A stretch of 53,140 nt of DNA from Corallococcus sp. CA049B (lineage in GTDB: Bacteria; Myxococcota; Myxococcia; Myxococcales; Myxococcaceae). This document shows positions 45,605 through 53,140 of the stretch, in pieces. A program made the translations under genes and the position numbers. The DNA lies in the NCBI RefSeq assembly GCF_003611685.1, contig NZ_RAWC01000041.1:1-53140 (forward strand), in the 5' to 3' direction. Every line of letters begins with the position of its first letter. Position 1 is the first letter of the stretch. The notes beneath the pieces are model-generated. The model searched no databases and was not told where the DNA came from. It worked only from the letters and a program-made list of their open reading frames with translations.

Positions 45605-46536
45605 CGGGGCACTCGCACCCGTTCGAGCATCTGCTTGAGCACGTCGTCCGCGGTGACGCCCTCCACCTCCGCCTCGGCCTTGAGGAGGAGGCGGTGGTTG
45701 AGGACGCTGGGCGTGACGGCCTTCACGTCGTCCGGGGTGACGAAGTCGGTGCCCCGGAGCGCCGCGTGCGCCTTGGACGCCGCGAGCAGGGCCTGCGCGG
45801 CGCGGGGGCTCGCGCCCAGCCGCACGCGAGGATGTGCACGGGTGTCGCGCACGAGCTGCACCACGTACTGGAGGATGGAGTCGTCACACGCGACGCGCGC
45901 CGCGCGGTCCTGCAGCTCCGTCAGCGTGCCAGCGTCCAGCACGCGGGACACGGCGGGTGGCCGGCCCTCGCGCTGGTGGAAGGCGCGCAGGAGGGACGTC
46001 TCCGCGTCGCCATCCGGGTAGCCCACGCGCACGCGCATGAGGAAGCGATCCAGCTGCGCCTCGGGGAGGGGATAGGTGCCCTCCAGCTCCAGCGGGTTCT
46101 GCGTGGCGACGACGAAGAAGTGCGGCGGCAGCGCGTGGGTGACGCCGTCGATGGTGACCTGCCGCTCCTCCATGGCCTCCAGGAGCGCCGCCTGCGTCTT
46201 GGGCGGCGTGCGGTTGATCTCATCCGCGACCAGGACCTCCGTGAAGACGGGGCCCTTCATCAAGCGGAAGGTCTGCTCCTGCGGCTGGAAGACGTTGGTG
46301 CCCAGGATGTCCGCGGGCATCAGGTCCGGGGTGAACTGCACGCGGGAGAAGGACAGCCCCAGCGCCCCGGCCATGCTGCGCGCGGTGAGCGTCTTGGCGA
46401 CCCCGGGCACGCCCTCCAGCAGCACGTGGCCGCGCGCGAGGAAGGCCGTCACCAGGTCGGCCAGCACGCGGGGCTGGCCCACGACGGCCGAGCCCAGCGC
46501 GTCGAGGAGGCGGGAGAGGGGCGTGGCGTCGGACAT
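45601..46536 (-). CDS. moxR: MoxR-family AAA+ ATPase
   Basis: Walker A is LEGVPGVAKT and Walker B is VLVADEINR. The C-terminal region has the form typical of MoxR. Confidence 0.85.
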   Translation of the reverse strand: MSDATPLSRLLDALGSAVVGQPRVLADLVTAFLARGHVLLEGVPGVAKTLTARSMAGALGLSFSRVQFTPDLMPADILGTNVFQPQEQTFRLMKGPVFTEVLVADEINRTPPKTQAALLEAMEERQVTIDGVTHALPPHFFVVATQNPLELEGTYPLPEAQLDRFLMRVRVGYPDGDAETSLLRAFHQREGRPPAVSRVLDAGTLTELQDRAARVACDDSILQYVVQLVRDTRAHPRVRLGASPRAAQALLAASKAHAALRGTDFVTPDDVKAVTPSVLNHRLLLKAEAEVEGVTADDVLKQMLERVRVPR

Positions 46537-46594
46537 GGTGGCGGGCGACGGTAGCCCGCCTCACGCCCGGCGCGGCAGCGAAATCCTCGCGGGC

Positions 46595-47266
46595 CTACTC
46601 CTGGCGCTTCAGGCCCATCAGGCCGCCCAGCACCGCGATGACGCCGCCGAGGATGCCCAGGAAACAGCCGATGCTCGGCGACGAGTTCATCATCTCCGCG
46701 TTGCCCAGCGGCGACGGCACGAGCGTGGTGTCCGAGGACAGCTTCAGGAACACCAGCGACCAGACGAGGGTCACCACGCTGCAGACCATCTGCGCGCCCC
46801 ACGGCAGCATGGGGTTCACCCAGGTCATCACCTGACGTGCCCGCAGGCCCACGAAGACCATGGTCGCCACGGCGAAGAGGAAGGAGATGAACCCCAGGCT
46901 GATGAGGCCCAGGAAGTCGCCGCCCTCCGCCGTCTCCTTCCACGGCATGAAGCAGGAGAGCACCACCAGCGTCGCGCCCCAGAACGCGATGCGGTCGCCG
47001 CCCTCCAGCTCGCGCAGGAACGAGCGCGCGTCGTCCAGCAGGACCTCCGGATCGTCGATGGGCGAGCGGGGCGACTCCAGCTCCCGGGCCTCGCGCGACC
47101 AGGGATCCGCCACCGCGTCGCCCGAGTCGTCCTCTTCCTCCTCGACGGGAGCGGGCGCCGGGGCGCGACGGGCCGGCGCGCGAGCGGCCCTGGCGGCGCC
47201 ACCGCCCCGGGCGGGAGGCGCGGCACGTTGGGCCTTCTCCCGGGCGATGTCGTCCATGCTCCGCAC
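46595..47266 (-). CDS. Membrane protein with 4-5 C-terminal TM helices; coding likely continues upstream to a zinc-ribbon motif (see findings)
   Basis: The track ORF is GTG-initiated. The same reading frame stays open upstream to 47596 and encodes CPGCNRKVAEDTAICPHCDHII plus a Pro/Arg-rich linker, but it has no canonical start codon. Confidence 0.55.
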   Translation of the reverse strand: MRSMDDIAREKAQRAAPPARGGGAARAARAPARRAPAPAPVEEEEDDSGDAVADPWSREARELESPRSPIDDPEVLLDDARSFLRELEGGDRIAFWGATLVVLSCFMPWKETAEGGDFLGLISLGFISFLFAVATMVFVGLRARQVMTWVNPMLPWGAQMVCSVVTLVWSLVFLKLSSDTTLVPSPLGNAEMMNSSPSIGCFLGILGGVIAVLGGLMGLKRQE

Positions 47267-47659
47267 GTTGGTGGCGTCGTCGCTCGGCGGCGGCGCGGCG
47301 GGGCGGGCGCCCGTCCTGGCGCGGGCCGGAGCAGGGCGTGCACGAGGCTCCGGAGCCGCCCGGGCCGGAGGGGGCCGCGAGCGCGGCGGAGGACGGATGC
47401 CGGTGCTCTCGTCTTCACCGCCGGAGTTCCCCTCATCCCCGGTTCCCCCAAGGAAGGACTCGTCGATGATGTGGTCGCAGTGGGGGCAGATGGCGGTGTC
47501 TTCCGCGACCTTGCGATTGCAGCCTGGGCAGTTCAGGGCCGGTGCTCCGGGAGGGGGGAAACGGCCCGATATCTTCCCGGCCCCGGCGCGCGGCTGTCAA
47601 ACCTGTTCAGCGGCATAACCCCTGGATTTTCGCGGGGAATTGACCTAGCCCATTCGAGC

Positions 47660-49756
47660 ATGGCTCGCCTGCCCGCCGCCGTGTCCGCCGGAGTCCTCCT
47701 CGTGAGCGCCTGTGTCCGCTCGGTGCCGACGCCCGACGTGCCTCCGCCCCAGGAAGCGCCCGCACAGGTCCTCGCGCGCATCCAGGACTGGGAGGACCGC
47801 CGCTCGCTGGGCGGCGGGGAGCTGGTGCGGCTCGCCACCTCCGCGCCGCAAGTGGCCGTGCGCGTGCGAGCCCTCCGGGCCCTGGCGCGAATCCAGGACG
47901 TGGCGACGTTGGACGCGGTCCTCTCCGGGCTGACGGCGCCGGACAAGGCCGTGCGCGACGAGGCCGCCTTCGCGGCGGGTGAGCTGGCGCAGTCGTGGGA
48001 GCCGCTGCCGGAGGACGCACGGACAGCGCTCACGCAAGCGCTGGTGCACGCCGAGGCCACGGAAGCCGACGGCTGGGTGCGCATCACGCTGTTGGAGGCC
48101 CTGGGCAAGCTGGCCACGCCGGGGGCGGTGGAGGTGCTGACGGCCCGCCTGTCTCCGGCCAGTGGTCCCTGGTCCGAGGCCGCGGCGACGGCGCTGGGCG
48201 TGGCCGCGCGCAAGGCGGGCGCGGCGGCGGTGGCGAACGTGCCCCTGGAGACCATCCGCGCGCTGCTGAAGCCCCGATTGCGGAGCGAGGTGAACCTCGC
48301 CGGGGCGTACCTCCTGGCGGCGTCGAAGCGGCCGGATGCAGTGGATGCGCTCCAATCCTGTCTGGCGAACGGGCATCCGGACGTGATGGCCCTCTGCGTG
48401 AAGGGCCTGGGCGACGTGGGCAGCCCGCGGGACGCGGTGGCGCTGACCCTGATGATGGGCGACACCACGTCCCGCGTGTCGGCGGAGGCCGCGCGTGCGT
48501 TGGCGAAGCTCGCCGCGAAGTGCGAGGCCGGCTCACCCTGTGCCCCGCTCATCGCACTGGAAGGCCAGGCGCTCCTGGCGAAGCAGGTGGCGGAGGGGAA
48601 GGCGGCGAAGGGCCACGTGTTGCTGGCGGTGGCGCAGCAGGGACTTCCGCTCCAGGGCCGGCCGGTGTTTTCGCGCATGAGGGGGGCGCTGGCCGATGCA
48701 GACCGCGCGGCCGTGTCCGAAGAAGCCCACGCGGACCTCGCCTGGCTGGACTGCCGGATCGCGGCGGCCATGGACCGGCAGCAGGGCGCGCTGGAGCAGG
48801 TCCTCCAGTGCGGCTACGGTCGTGTCCCCGAAGCGCGATGGCTCGCGCTGGGCCTGCACGAGGTGGCGCAGTTCAAGGGACAGCCCACCGGCGCTGCGTT
48901 CGCGGTGCCCTACCTGGACCACGTCAGTCCCATCGTGCGCGGCGCCGCGCTGGATGCCCTCTCCGAACGTCCCGTGCCCGAAGCGCTGGCGCCCATTCGC
49001 GCGCTCATCGGAGGAGGGGACGCGGTGGTGGCGGGGCTGGCCGCGGCCGCCGCCGGCAAGCTGAAGGACGCCGAAGCCCTGACCGCGGTGCAGGCCCTGG
49101 CCGACCGCGTCCCCAAGGAGCCGGACCTGGCGGAGGCGGTGGCCGGCGCGCTCGTCGCGTTGCAGGGAAAGGCCGCGGAACCGCGCCTGCGCGAGTGGCT
49201 GGGCCATCCGCACGCCAACGTGCGCCGGGTCGCGGCCGAGTCCCTCACGACGCTCACGGGCACGCCGGTCCGCTCCGCCCGCGTGGAGCTGCCTCCGGAG
49301 ACGTACCGTCCGCCGGCAGCGCCCTCCGGCACGACGCTCATGCTGCGCACGCGCAAGGGCGACATCACCGTCCTGTTGGATCCGGACGCGCCGCTCACGG
49401 GCGGCAACCTGGTGGCGCTCGCGAAGCAGGGCTACTTCCGCGGCATCACCTTCCACCGCGTGGTGCCGGACTTCGTCGCACAGGGCGGAGACCCGCGCGG
49501 AGACGGGGAGGGGGGGCCCGGTTACTCCATCCGCTGCGAGATGACGCGCCGTCCGTATGCGCGGGGCACCGTGGGGATGGCGCTGTCGGGCAAGGACACC
49601 GGCGGCAGCCAGTTCTTCTTCACCCACTCACCGCAGCCGCACCTGGATGGCCGCTACACGGCCTTCGGTGAAGTGATTCAAGGCATGGACGTCGTGGACG
49701 CGCTCCTGGAGGGCACGATCATCGACGAGGTCGCCGTCGGCACCCGCGCCCCCTGA
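47660..49756 (+). CDS. Lipoprotein with HEAT/PBS-lyase-like repeats fused to a C-terminal cyclophilin-type peptidyl-prolyl isomerase domain
   Basis: The start is MARLPAAVSAGVLLVSAC (lipobox). Repeated ...VR..A..ALG.L... HEAT-like units follow. The C-terminus reads GGNLVALAKQGYFRGITFHRVVPDFVAQGGDP...GTVGMALSGKDTGGSQFFFTHSPQPHLDGRYTAFGEVIQGMDVVDAL, a cyclophilin fold. Confidence 0.8.
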   Translation: MARLPAAVSAGVLLVSACVRSVPTPDVPPPQEAPAQVLARIQDWEDRRSLGGGELVRLATSAPQVAVRVRALRALARIQDVATLDAVLSGLTAPDKAVRDEAAFAAGELAQSWEPLPEDARTALTQALVHAEATEADGWVRITLLEALGKLATPGAVEVLTARLSPASGPWSEAAATALGVAARKAGAAAVANVPLETIRALLKPRLRSEVNLAGAYLLAASKRPDAVDALQSCLANGHPDVMALCVKGLGDVGSPRDAVALTLMMGDTTSRVSAEAARALAKLAAKCEAGSPCAPLIALEGQALLAKQVAEGKAAKGHVLLAVAQQGLPLQGRPVFSRMRGALADADRAAVSEEAHADLAWLDCRIAAAMDRQQGALEQVLQCGYGRVPEARWLALGLHEVAQFKGQPTGAAFAVPYLDHVSPIVRGAALDALSERPVPEALAPIRALIGGGDAVVAGLAAAAAGKLKDAEALTAVQALADRVPKEPDLAEAVAGALVALQGKAAEPRLREWLGHPHANVRRVAAESLTTLTGTPVRSARVELPPETYRPPAAPSGTTLMLRTRKGDITVLLDPDAPLTGGNLVALAKQGYFRGITFHRVVPDFVAQGGDPRGDGEGGPGYSIRCEMTRRPYARGTVGMALSGKDTGGSQFFFTHSPQPHLDGRYTAFGEVIQGMDVVDALLEGTIIDEVAVGTRAP

Positions 49757-49774
49757 GGCGGGGCCCTTCGCGCG

Positions 49775-50896
49775 TCAGGCCCCGGCGGCGCGCGCGGGCA
49801 CGGGCTCGCCCTGGGCGTTGAGCTTCGCGCCCGTCCAGCGGTGGCTCTCCGACTCCTCCATCATCTCCACCTCACGGCGGATGCGGGCCCACTCCGTCTC
49901 CGGCAGCCCGAGGAACGCCTCCGCGAGCATCGGATCGAACTGCGTGCCCGCGCAGCGGCGGACCTCGTCGCGCGCCACGCTCATGGGACGCCCCTTGCGA
50001 TAGGGCCGGTCGGAGGTGATGGCGTCCAGCGTGTCCACGAGACAGAAGATGCGCGCCCCGATGACGATCTCCTCGCCCTGGAGCCCCAGCGGATAGCCCT
50101 TGCCGTCCCAGCGCTCCTGGTGCTGCAGGACGACGAGCGCCGCCTCGTGCAGGTACGGCATCTTCGCCAGCATCCGGTAGCCGAACTCCGGGTGCAGCTT
50201 CATCTCCACCCACTCATCCGGCGTGAGCGGCCCGGGCTTGAGCAGGATGGAGTCCCGCACGCCAATCTTCCCGATGTCGTGCAGGAGCGCGCCCTGCTCC
50301 ACCACGTCCAGCGCCGGCCCGGTGAGGCCGATCTCCTGCGCCAGCCGCCGCGCGTACAGCGACACGCGCCGCGAGTGCCACTGCGTCTCCGTGTCGCGGT
50401 AGTCCAGCGCGCTGATGAGTCCGTCCAGGAGCCCCGTGGTGCGCTCGATGATCCGGCGCTCCAGCCCCTCGTTGATGGACAAGAGCTCCGCGTTCTTCTC
50501 CGCGACCTCGCGTGTCAGCCGCTCGTTGGCCGCCACCAGCCGGTGGTGCTCGATGGCCTGCCGCACGCTGCTGGTCAGCTCGCTCAGCGCCCACGGCTTG
50601 CCCAGCAACCGGAAGACCTCGCCCCGGTTCACCGCCTCCGACGCCGTCTTGAAGTCCGCCGCCGCCGTCAGCATCAGCCGCACCGCGCGAGGGTTCTTCT
50701 CCCGGAGCGCCGACAACAGCTCGATGCCGTTGAGGTACGGCATCATGAAGTCCGTGAGGACGACGTCGAACCCCTGCTCCCGCGCCGCCAGCACCGGGTC
50801 GCTGTGGGTCACGACCTCGTAACCCTCCGCGTGGAGGATCCGGGACAGCGCCGCGAGGATGAGCACGTCGTCGTCCACCACGAGGATTCGGGCCAT
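49775..50896 (-). CDS. Response regulator with an HD-GYP phosphodiesterase output domain
   Basis: The receiver domain (MARILVVDDDVLILA...DVVLTDFMMPYLNG) is followed by the HD-GYP domain (LLHDIGKIGV...HQERWDGKGYPLGL). The start is the internal ATG at 50896. Confidence 0.8.
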   Translation of the reverse strand: MARILVVDDDVLILAALSRILHAEGYEVVTHSDPVLAAREQGFDVVLTDFMMPYLNGIELLSALREKNPRAVRLMLTAAADFKTASEAVNRGEVFRLLGKPWALSELTSSVRQAIEHHRLVAANERLTREVAEKNAELLSINEGLERRIIERTTGLLDGLISALDYRDTETQWHSRRVSLYARRLAQEIGLTGPALDVVEQGALLHDIGKIGVRDSILLKPGPLTPDEWVEMKLHPEFGYRMLAKMPYLHEAALVVLQHQERWDGKGYPLGLQGEEIVIGARIFCLVDTLDAITSDRPYRKGRPMSVARDEVRRCAGTQFDPMLAEAFLGLPETEWARIRREVEMMEESESHRWTGAKLNAQGEPVPARAAGA

Positions 50897-51143
50897 GGGC
50901 TGATACGCTCCGAGCGAGTGGGCTGCGTTTTTTCTCAGAGTCTTATAGCCGGTCCGCATGCGGGCAAACAGGCCCCCCCAAGCTTTCCAGTACCGCCAAA
51001 CTACCGGAATTCTTGAGGTTTCCCTGAAACAGGCGGTCGCTGGATTCCACGTCCTGCTTGCCTGCCCGTCGAGCCGTGTTCTATGGTGGCCTCCTACCCA
51101 ACGTAAATGGCTGTAACCCCTTGGAATTCGGGAGCAATCTCCG
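50897..51143. promoter_or_regulatory. Lower-GC divergent intergenic region between the HD-GYP regulator and the DapB-like gene
   Basis: A T-rich and AT-richer segment (gcgttttttctcagagtcttatagcc ... ggaattcttgaggtttccctgaaacagg) is present. No promoter motif was verified. Confidence 0.3.
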
Positions 51144-52145
51144 ATGGCTAGAGCCCCTGATGGGCCGGTGCCGGTGGTGGTGATGGGGCTGGGGTTCATC
51201 GGGCAGGAGATTGCCAGGGCAGCCCTGTCGTCCCCCGAAGTGGAGCTGATGGGCGCGGTGGATCCGCAGCCCTCCCTGGTGGGTCGTCCCCTGGGCGACG
51301 TGCTGGGGCTGGCCGGCCCGCGCTTCAAGGTGGCGGACTCGCTGGAGAAGGCCGTGGGGCGCCGCAAGGGCGTGGTGGTGCTGCACGCCACCAGCTCGCG
51401 GCTGTCCCAGGTGATGGATCAGCTGCTGGAGGCGCTGAAGCTGGGCCTGCCGGTGGCCAGCACCTGCGAGGAGCTGGCGTTCCCGCACCTCAAGTACCCG
51501 GAGCTGGCGGAGAAGCTGGAGCGCGCCGCGCTGAAGGCGGGCGTCGCCATCGTGGGCACGGGCGTGAACCCGGGCTTCGTGCTGGACCGCCTGGTGGCCA
51601 CCGCCGGTCAGGTGTGCGGCCCCGTGCGCAAGGTGACGGCCAGCCGCGTGGTGGATGCCCGCACGCGCCGTGAGGCCCTGCAGCGCAAGGTGGGCGCGGG
51701 CCTGACGGAGGAGGAGTTCTTCGACCTGGTGGACCGCGAGGAGCTGGGCCACGTGGGGCTGGTGGAGTCCGCGGCGCTGGCGGCGGTGGGGCTGGGGCTG
51801 GATTGTGACGACTTCGAGGAGGAGGTGACTCCCGTGTTCGCCGAGGAGGAGATCACCGGCGGCGCATTTGTCGTGAAGAAAGGCCGCGTCGCGGGCATGT
51901 TCCAGTCCGTGGTGGGTTTGGAGGAGGGGCAGGAGCGGGTCCGCCTGGAGCTGACCATCGCGGTAGGGGCGGACAACCCACGAGATCGCATCGAAATCGA
52001 CGCGGATCCGAAGCTGGTGCTGGAGATACCGGGGGGAGTGGCGGGCGACCGGGCCACCGCGAACGCGCTGGTGAATGCCGCGCCACGTTTGACGGCCGCG
52101 GAGGCCGGGCTCCTGACGGTGCTCGAGCTTCCGTCAGGTCGCTGA
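51144..52145 (+). CDS. DapB-like NAD(P)-binding oxidoreductase (dihydrodipicolinate-reductase / amine-dehydrogenase family)
   Basis: The N-terminal Rossmann motif is VVVMGLGFIGQEIA. A DapB-like C-terminal domain follows (GVNPGFVLDRLV). Confidence 0.6.
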   Translation: MARAPDGPVPVVVMGLGFIGQEIARAALSSPEVELMGAVDPQPSLVGRPLGDVLGLAGPRFKVADSLEKAVGRRKGVVVLHATSSRLSQVMDQLLEALKLGLPVASTCEELAFPHLKYPELAEKLERAALKAGVAIVGTGVNPGFVLDRLVATAGQVCGPVRKVTASRVVDARTRREALQRKVGAGLTEEEFFDLVDREELGHVGLVESAALAAVGLGLDCDDFEEEVTPVFAEEEITGGAFVVKKGRVAGMFQSVVGLEEGQERVRLELTIAVGADNPRDRIEIDADPKLVLEIPGGVAGDRATANALVNAAPRLTAAEAGLLTVLELPSGR

Positions 52146-52165
52146 AGGTTCATCAGGAGAGGGAA

Positions 52166-52615
52166 ATGCTGGACAAGAACGCGATTGGCCGCGCCTCGCC
52201 GCCGACGCTCAACGAGGTGGAGAAGGGCGCCATCCGGCGCTTCGCCGAGGCAATCGGCGACTACAATCCCATCTACTACGATGAGGAGTACGCCCGCGCC
52301 TCGGGCTACCCCACCATCGTCGCGCCGCCCACGTTCCCCGCGTCGTTCCATTCCGCCGCGGACCTCCGGGAGCTGTTGGGGGTGGGCATCAAGAGCCTGC
52401 TGCACGCCGAGCAGGGCTTCGACTACGAGCGGCCCATCTTCGCGGGGGACCGCATCTACGTGTCCACCCGCGTGTCGGACGTCTTCGAGCGGCCGGGCAT
52501 GTCCGGCAAGATGGACATCGCGGTCATCGAGGACGAAGGCCGGGACGAAGAGGGCAACCTCGTCTTCCGCGCCCGCCGGACCCTCGTGGTGCGTGCCGCC
52601 AAGGAGAACGCCTGA
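52166..52615 (+). CDS. Hot-dog fold protein, HadA-like non-catalytic subunit of a MaoC-type (3R)-hydroxyacyl dehydratase
   Basis: The IGDYNPIYYD motif has Tyr at the position of the catalytic His in MaoC dehydratases. The stop overlaps the next start (TGATG). Confidence 0.65.
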   Translation: MLDKNAIGRASPPTLNEVEKGAIRRFAEAIGDYNPIYYDEEYARASGYPTIVAPPTFPASFHSAADLRELLGVGIKSLLHAEQGFDYERPIFAGDRIYVSTRVSDVFERPGMSGKMDIAVIEDEGRDEEGNLVFRARRTLVVRAAKENA

Positions 52616-53140
52616 TGCCCGCGCGCAAGCTCTACTTCGAATCCATCCGCGTCGGTGACGAGCTGCCGGCGCTGGCCAAGGCCCCGGTGGACCGCGTCCA
52701 GCTGTCGCGCTACGCGGGCGCCTCCGGCGACTACAACCCCGTGCACGTGGACGAGCTCTACGCCAAGAGCGTGGGCATGCCGTCCGTCTACGCCCCCGGC
52801 ATGCTCGTCATGGGCATGCTGGGCCAGCTCATCAGCGACTGGGCCCGCGGCGGCCAGCTGCGGCGCTACAACGTCCGCTTCATCAAGATGGTGTGGCCGG
52901 GCGACACCGTGGTCTGCAAGGGCCGCGTGAGCGACCGCCACGGCTCCGGCGGCCGGTACTTCGTCGAAATCGACCTCTGGGCGGAGAACCAGAAGGGCGA
53001 GCTCGTCATGAAGGGCGGCTCGCAGATCCAGCTCTTCTACTCCCTGGAGGACGAGAACCGGCAGCGCTCCGGCCAGTCCCCCATCGTGGTGGAGGTGCCC
53101 CGCGAGAGCCTGGTCGTCCCCGCGCCCGCCTCCCCGGAGG
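52615..53140 (+). CDS. MaoC-family dehydratase, HadB-like catalytic subunit. The gene runs off the window end, so the 3' end is missing.
   Basis: The SGDYNPVHVD motif has the catalytic Asp and His, and the product has a hot-dog fold. No stop codon occurs before the window end. Confidence 0.7.
   Translation, partial: MPARKLYFESIRVGDELPALAKAPVDRVQLSRYAGASGDYNPVHVDELYAKSVGMPSVYAPGMLVMGMLGQLISDWARGGQLRRYNVRFIKMVWPGDTVVCKGRVSDRHGSGGRYFVEIDLWAENQKGELVMKGGSQIQLFYSLEDENRQRSGQSPIVVEVPRESLVVPAPASPE

Noticed and set aside
50897-51143. Possible sigma-54 (-24/-12) promoter near ctggattccacgtcctgcttgcc
   Set aside because: The spacing between the GG and GC elements does not fit the TGGCAC-N5-TTGC consensus. 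I have no supporting evidence.
1-53140. Search for a CRISPR array, tRNA or rRNA genes, IS elements, integrase or prophage signatures
   Set aside because: I found no short regularly spaced direct repeats other than the 138-bp palindrome array, which has only 3 units, a long period and no cas genes. There are no recognisable transposase, integrase or phage structural genes. No cloverleaf or rRNA-like segments were noticed by eye, but tRNAs cannot be excluded without tRNAscan.

Overview
This 53-kb window is about 70% GC with strong third-position GC bias. It looks like myxobacterial (Myxococcus/Corallococcus-like) chromosome; that is my inference from composition and gene content, not a database result. 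I could support about 48 coding regions and found no rRNA, tRNA, CRISPR array, transposase or integrase. Many long ORFs in the six-frame track are GC-driven artefacts that overlap the real genes on the opposite strand or in another frame.

Gene content, left to right:
- Partial lipoprotein D-Ala-D-Ala carboxypeptidase (S13 family), then an RdgC homologue encoded as two overlapping ORFs.
- A three-gene minus-strand module: small 6-Cys secreted peptide, then a lipoprotein with a PD-(D/E)xK-like C-terminal domain, then a putative immunity gene. I read this as a SitA-like polymorphic toxin module.
- A clear bacterial major vault protein homologue of 755 aa.
- A LysM plus C39-like peptidase multidomain protein.
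- Phenylalanine hydroxylase, a LysR regulator, an SDR oxidoreductase, a large PKD/Kelch lipoprotein, and aminopeptidase N.
- A P450–ABM monooxygenase pair with a divergent ArsR regulator, then proC.
- An intergenic array of three roughly 138-bp tandem repeats, each carrying a 9-bp-arm palindrome.
- DUF481, PhzF, Hsp20, and a Fic protein translationally coupled to two paralogous unknown genes.
- A diacylglycerol-kinase-family lipid kinase.
- A complete chemosensory operon: PAS-LuxR regulator, cheA, cheW, a soluble truncated-hemoglobin–PAS–MCP receptor, a UbiB-like kinase, an ABM protein, cheB and cheR.
- DUF72 and Smr proteins, an SNF2 helicase, a MoxR–DUF58 pair, a zinc-ribbon membrane protein, a HEAT-repeat–cyclophilin lipoprotein, an HD-GYP response regulator, a DapB-like oxidoreductase, and a HadA/HadB-like hot-dog dehydratase pair.

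Three loci show ORFs interrupted in a way that looks like single-base indels: rdgC, the Smr upstream region, and the zinc-ribbon gene at a G7 homopolymer. Sequence quality should be checked there before any biological reading.
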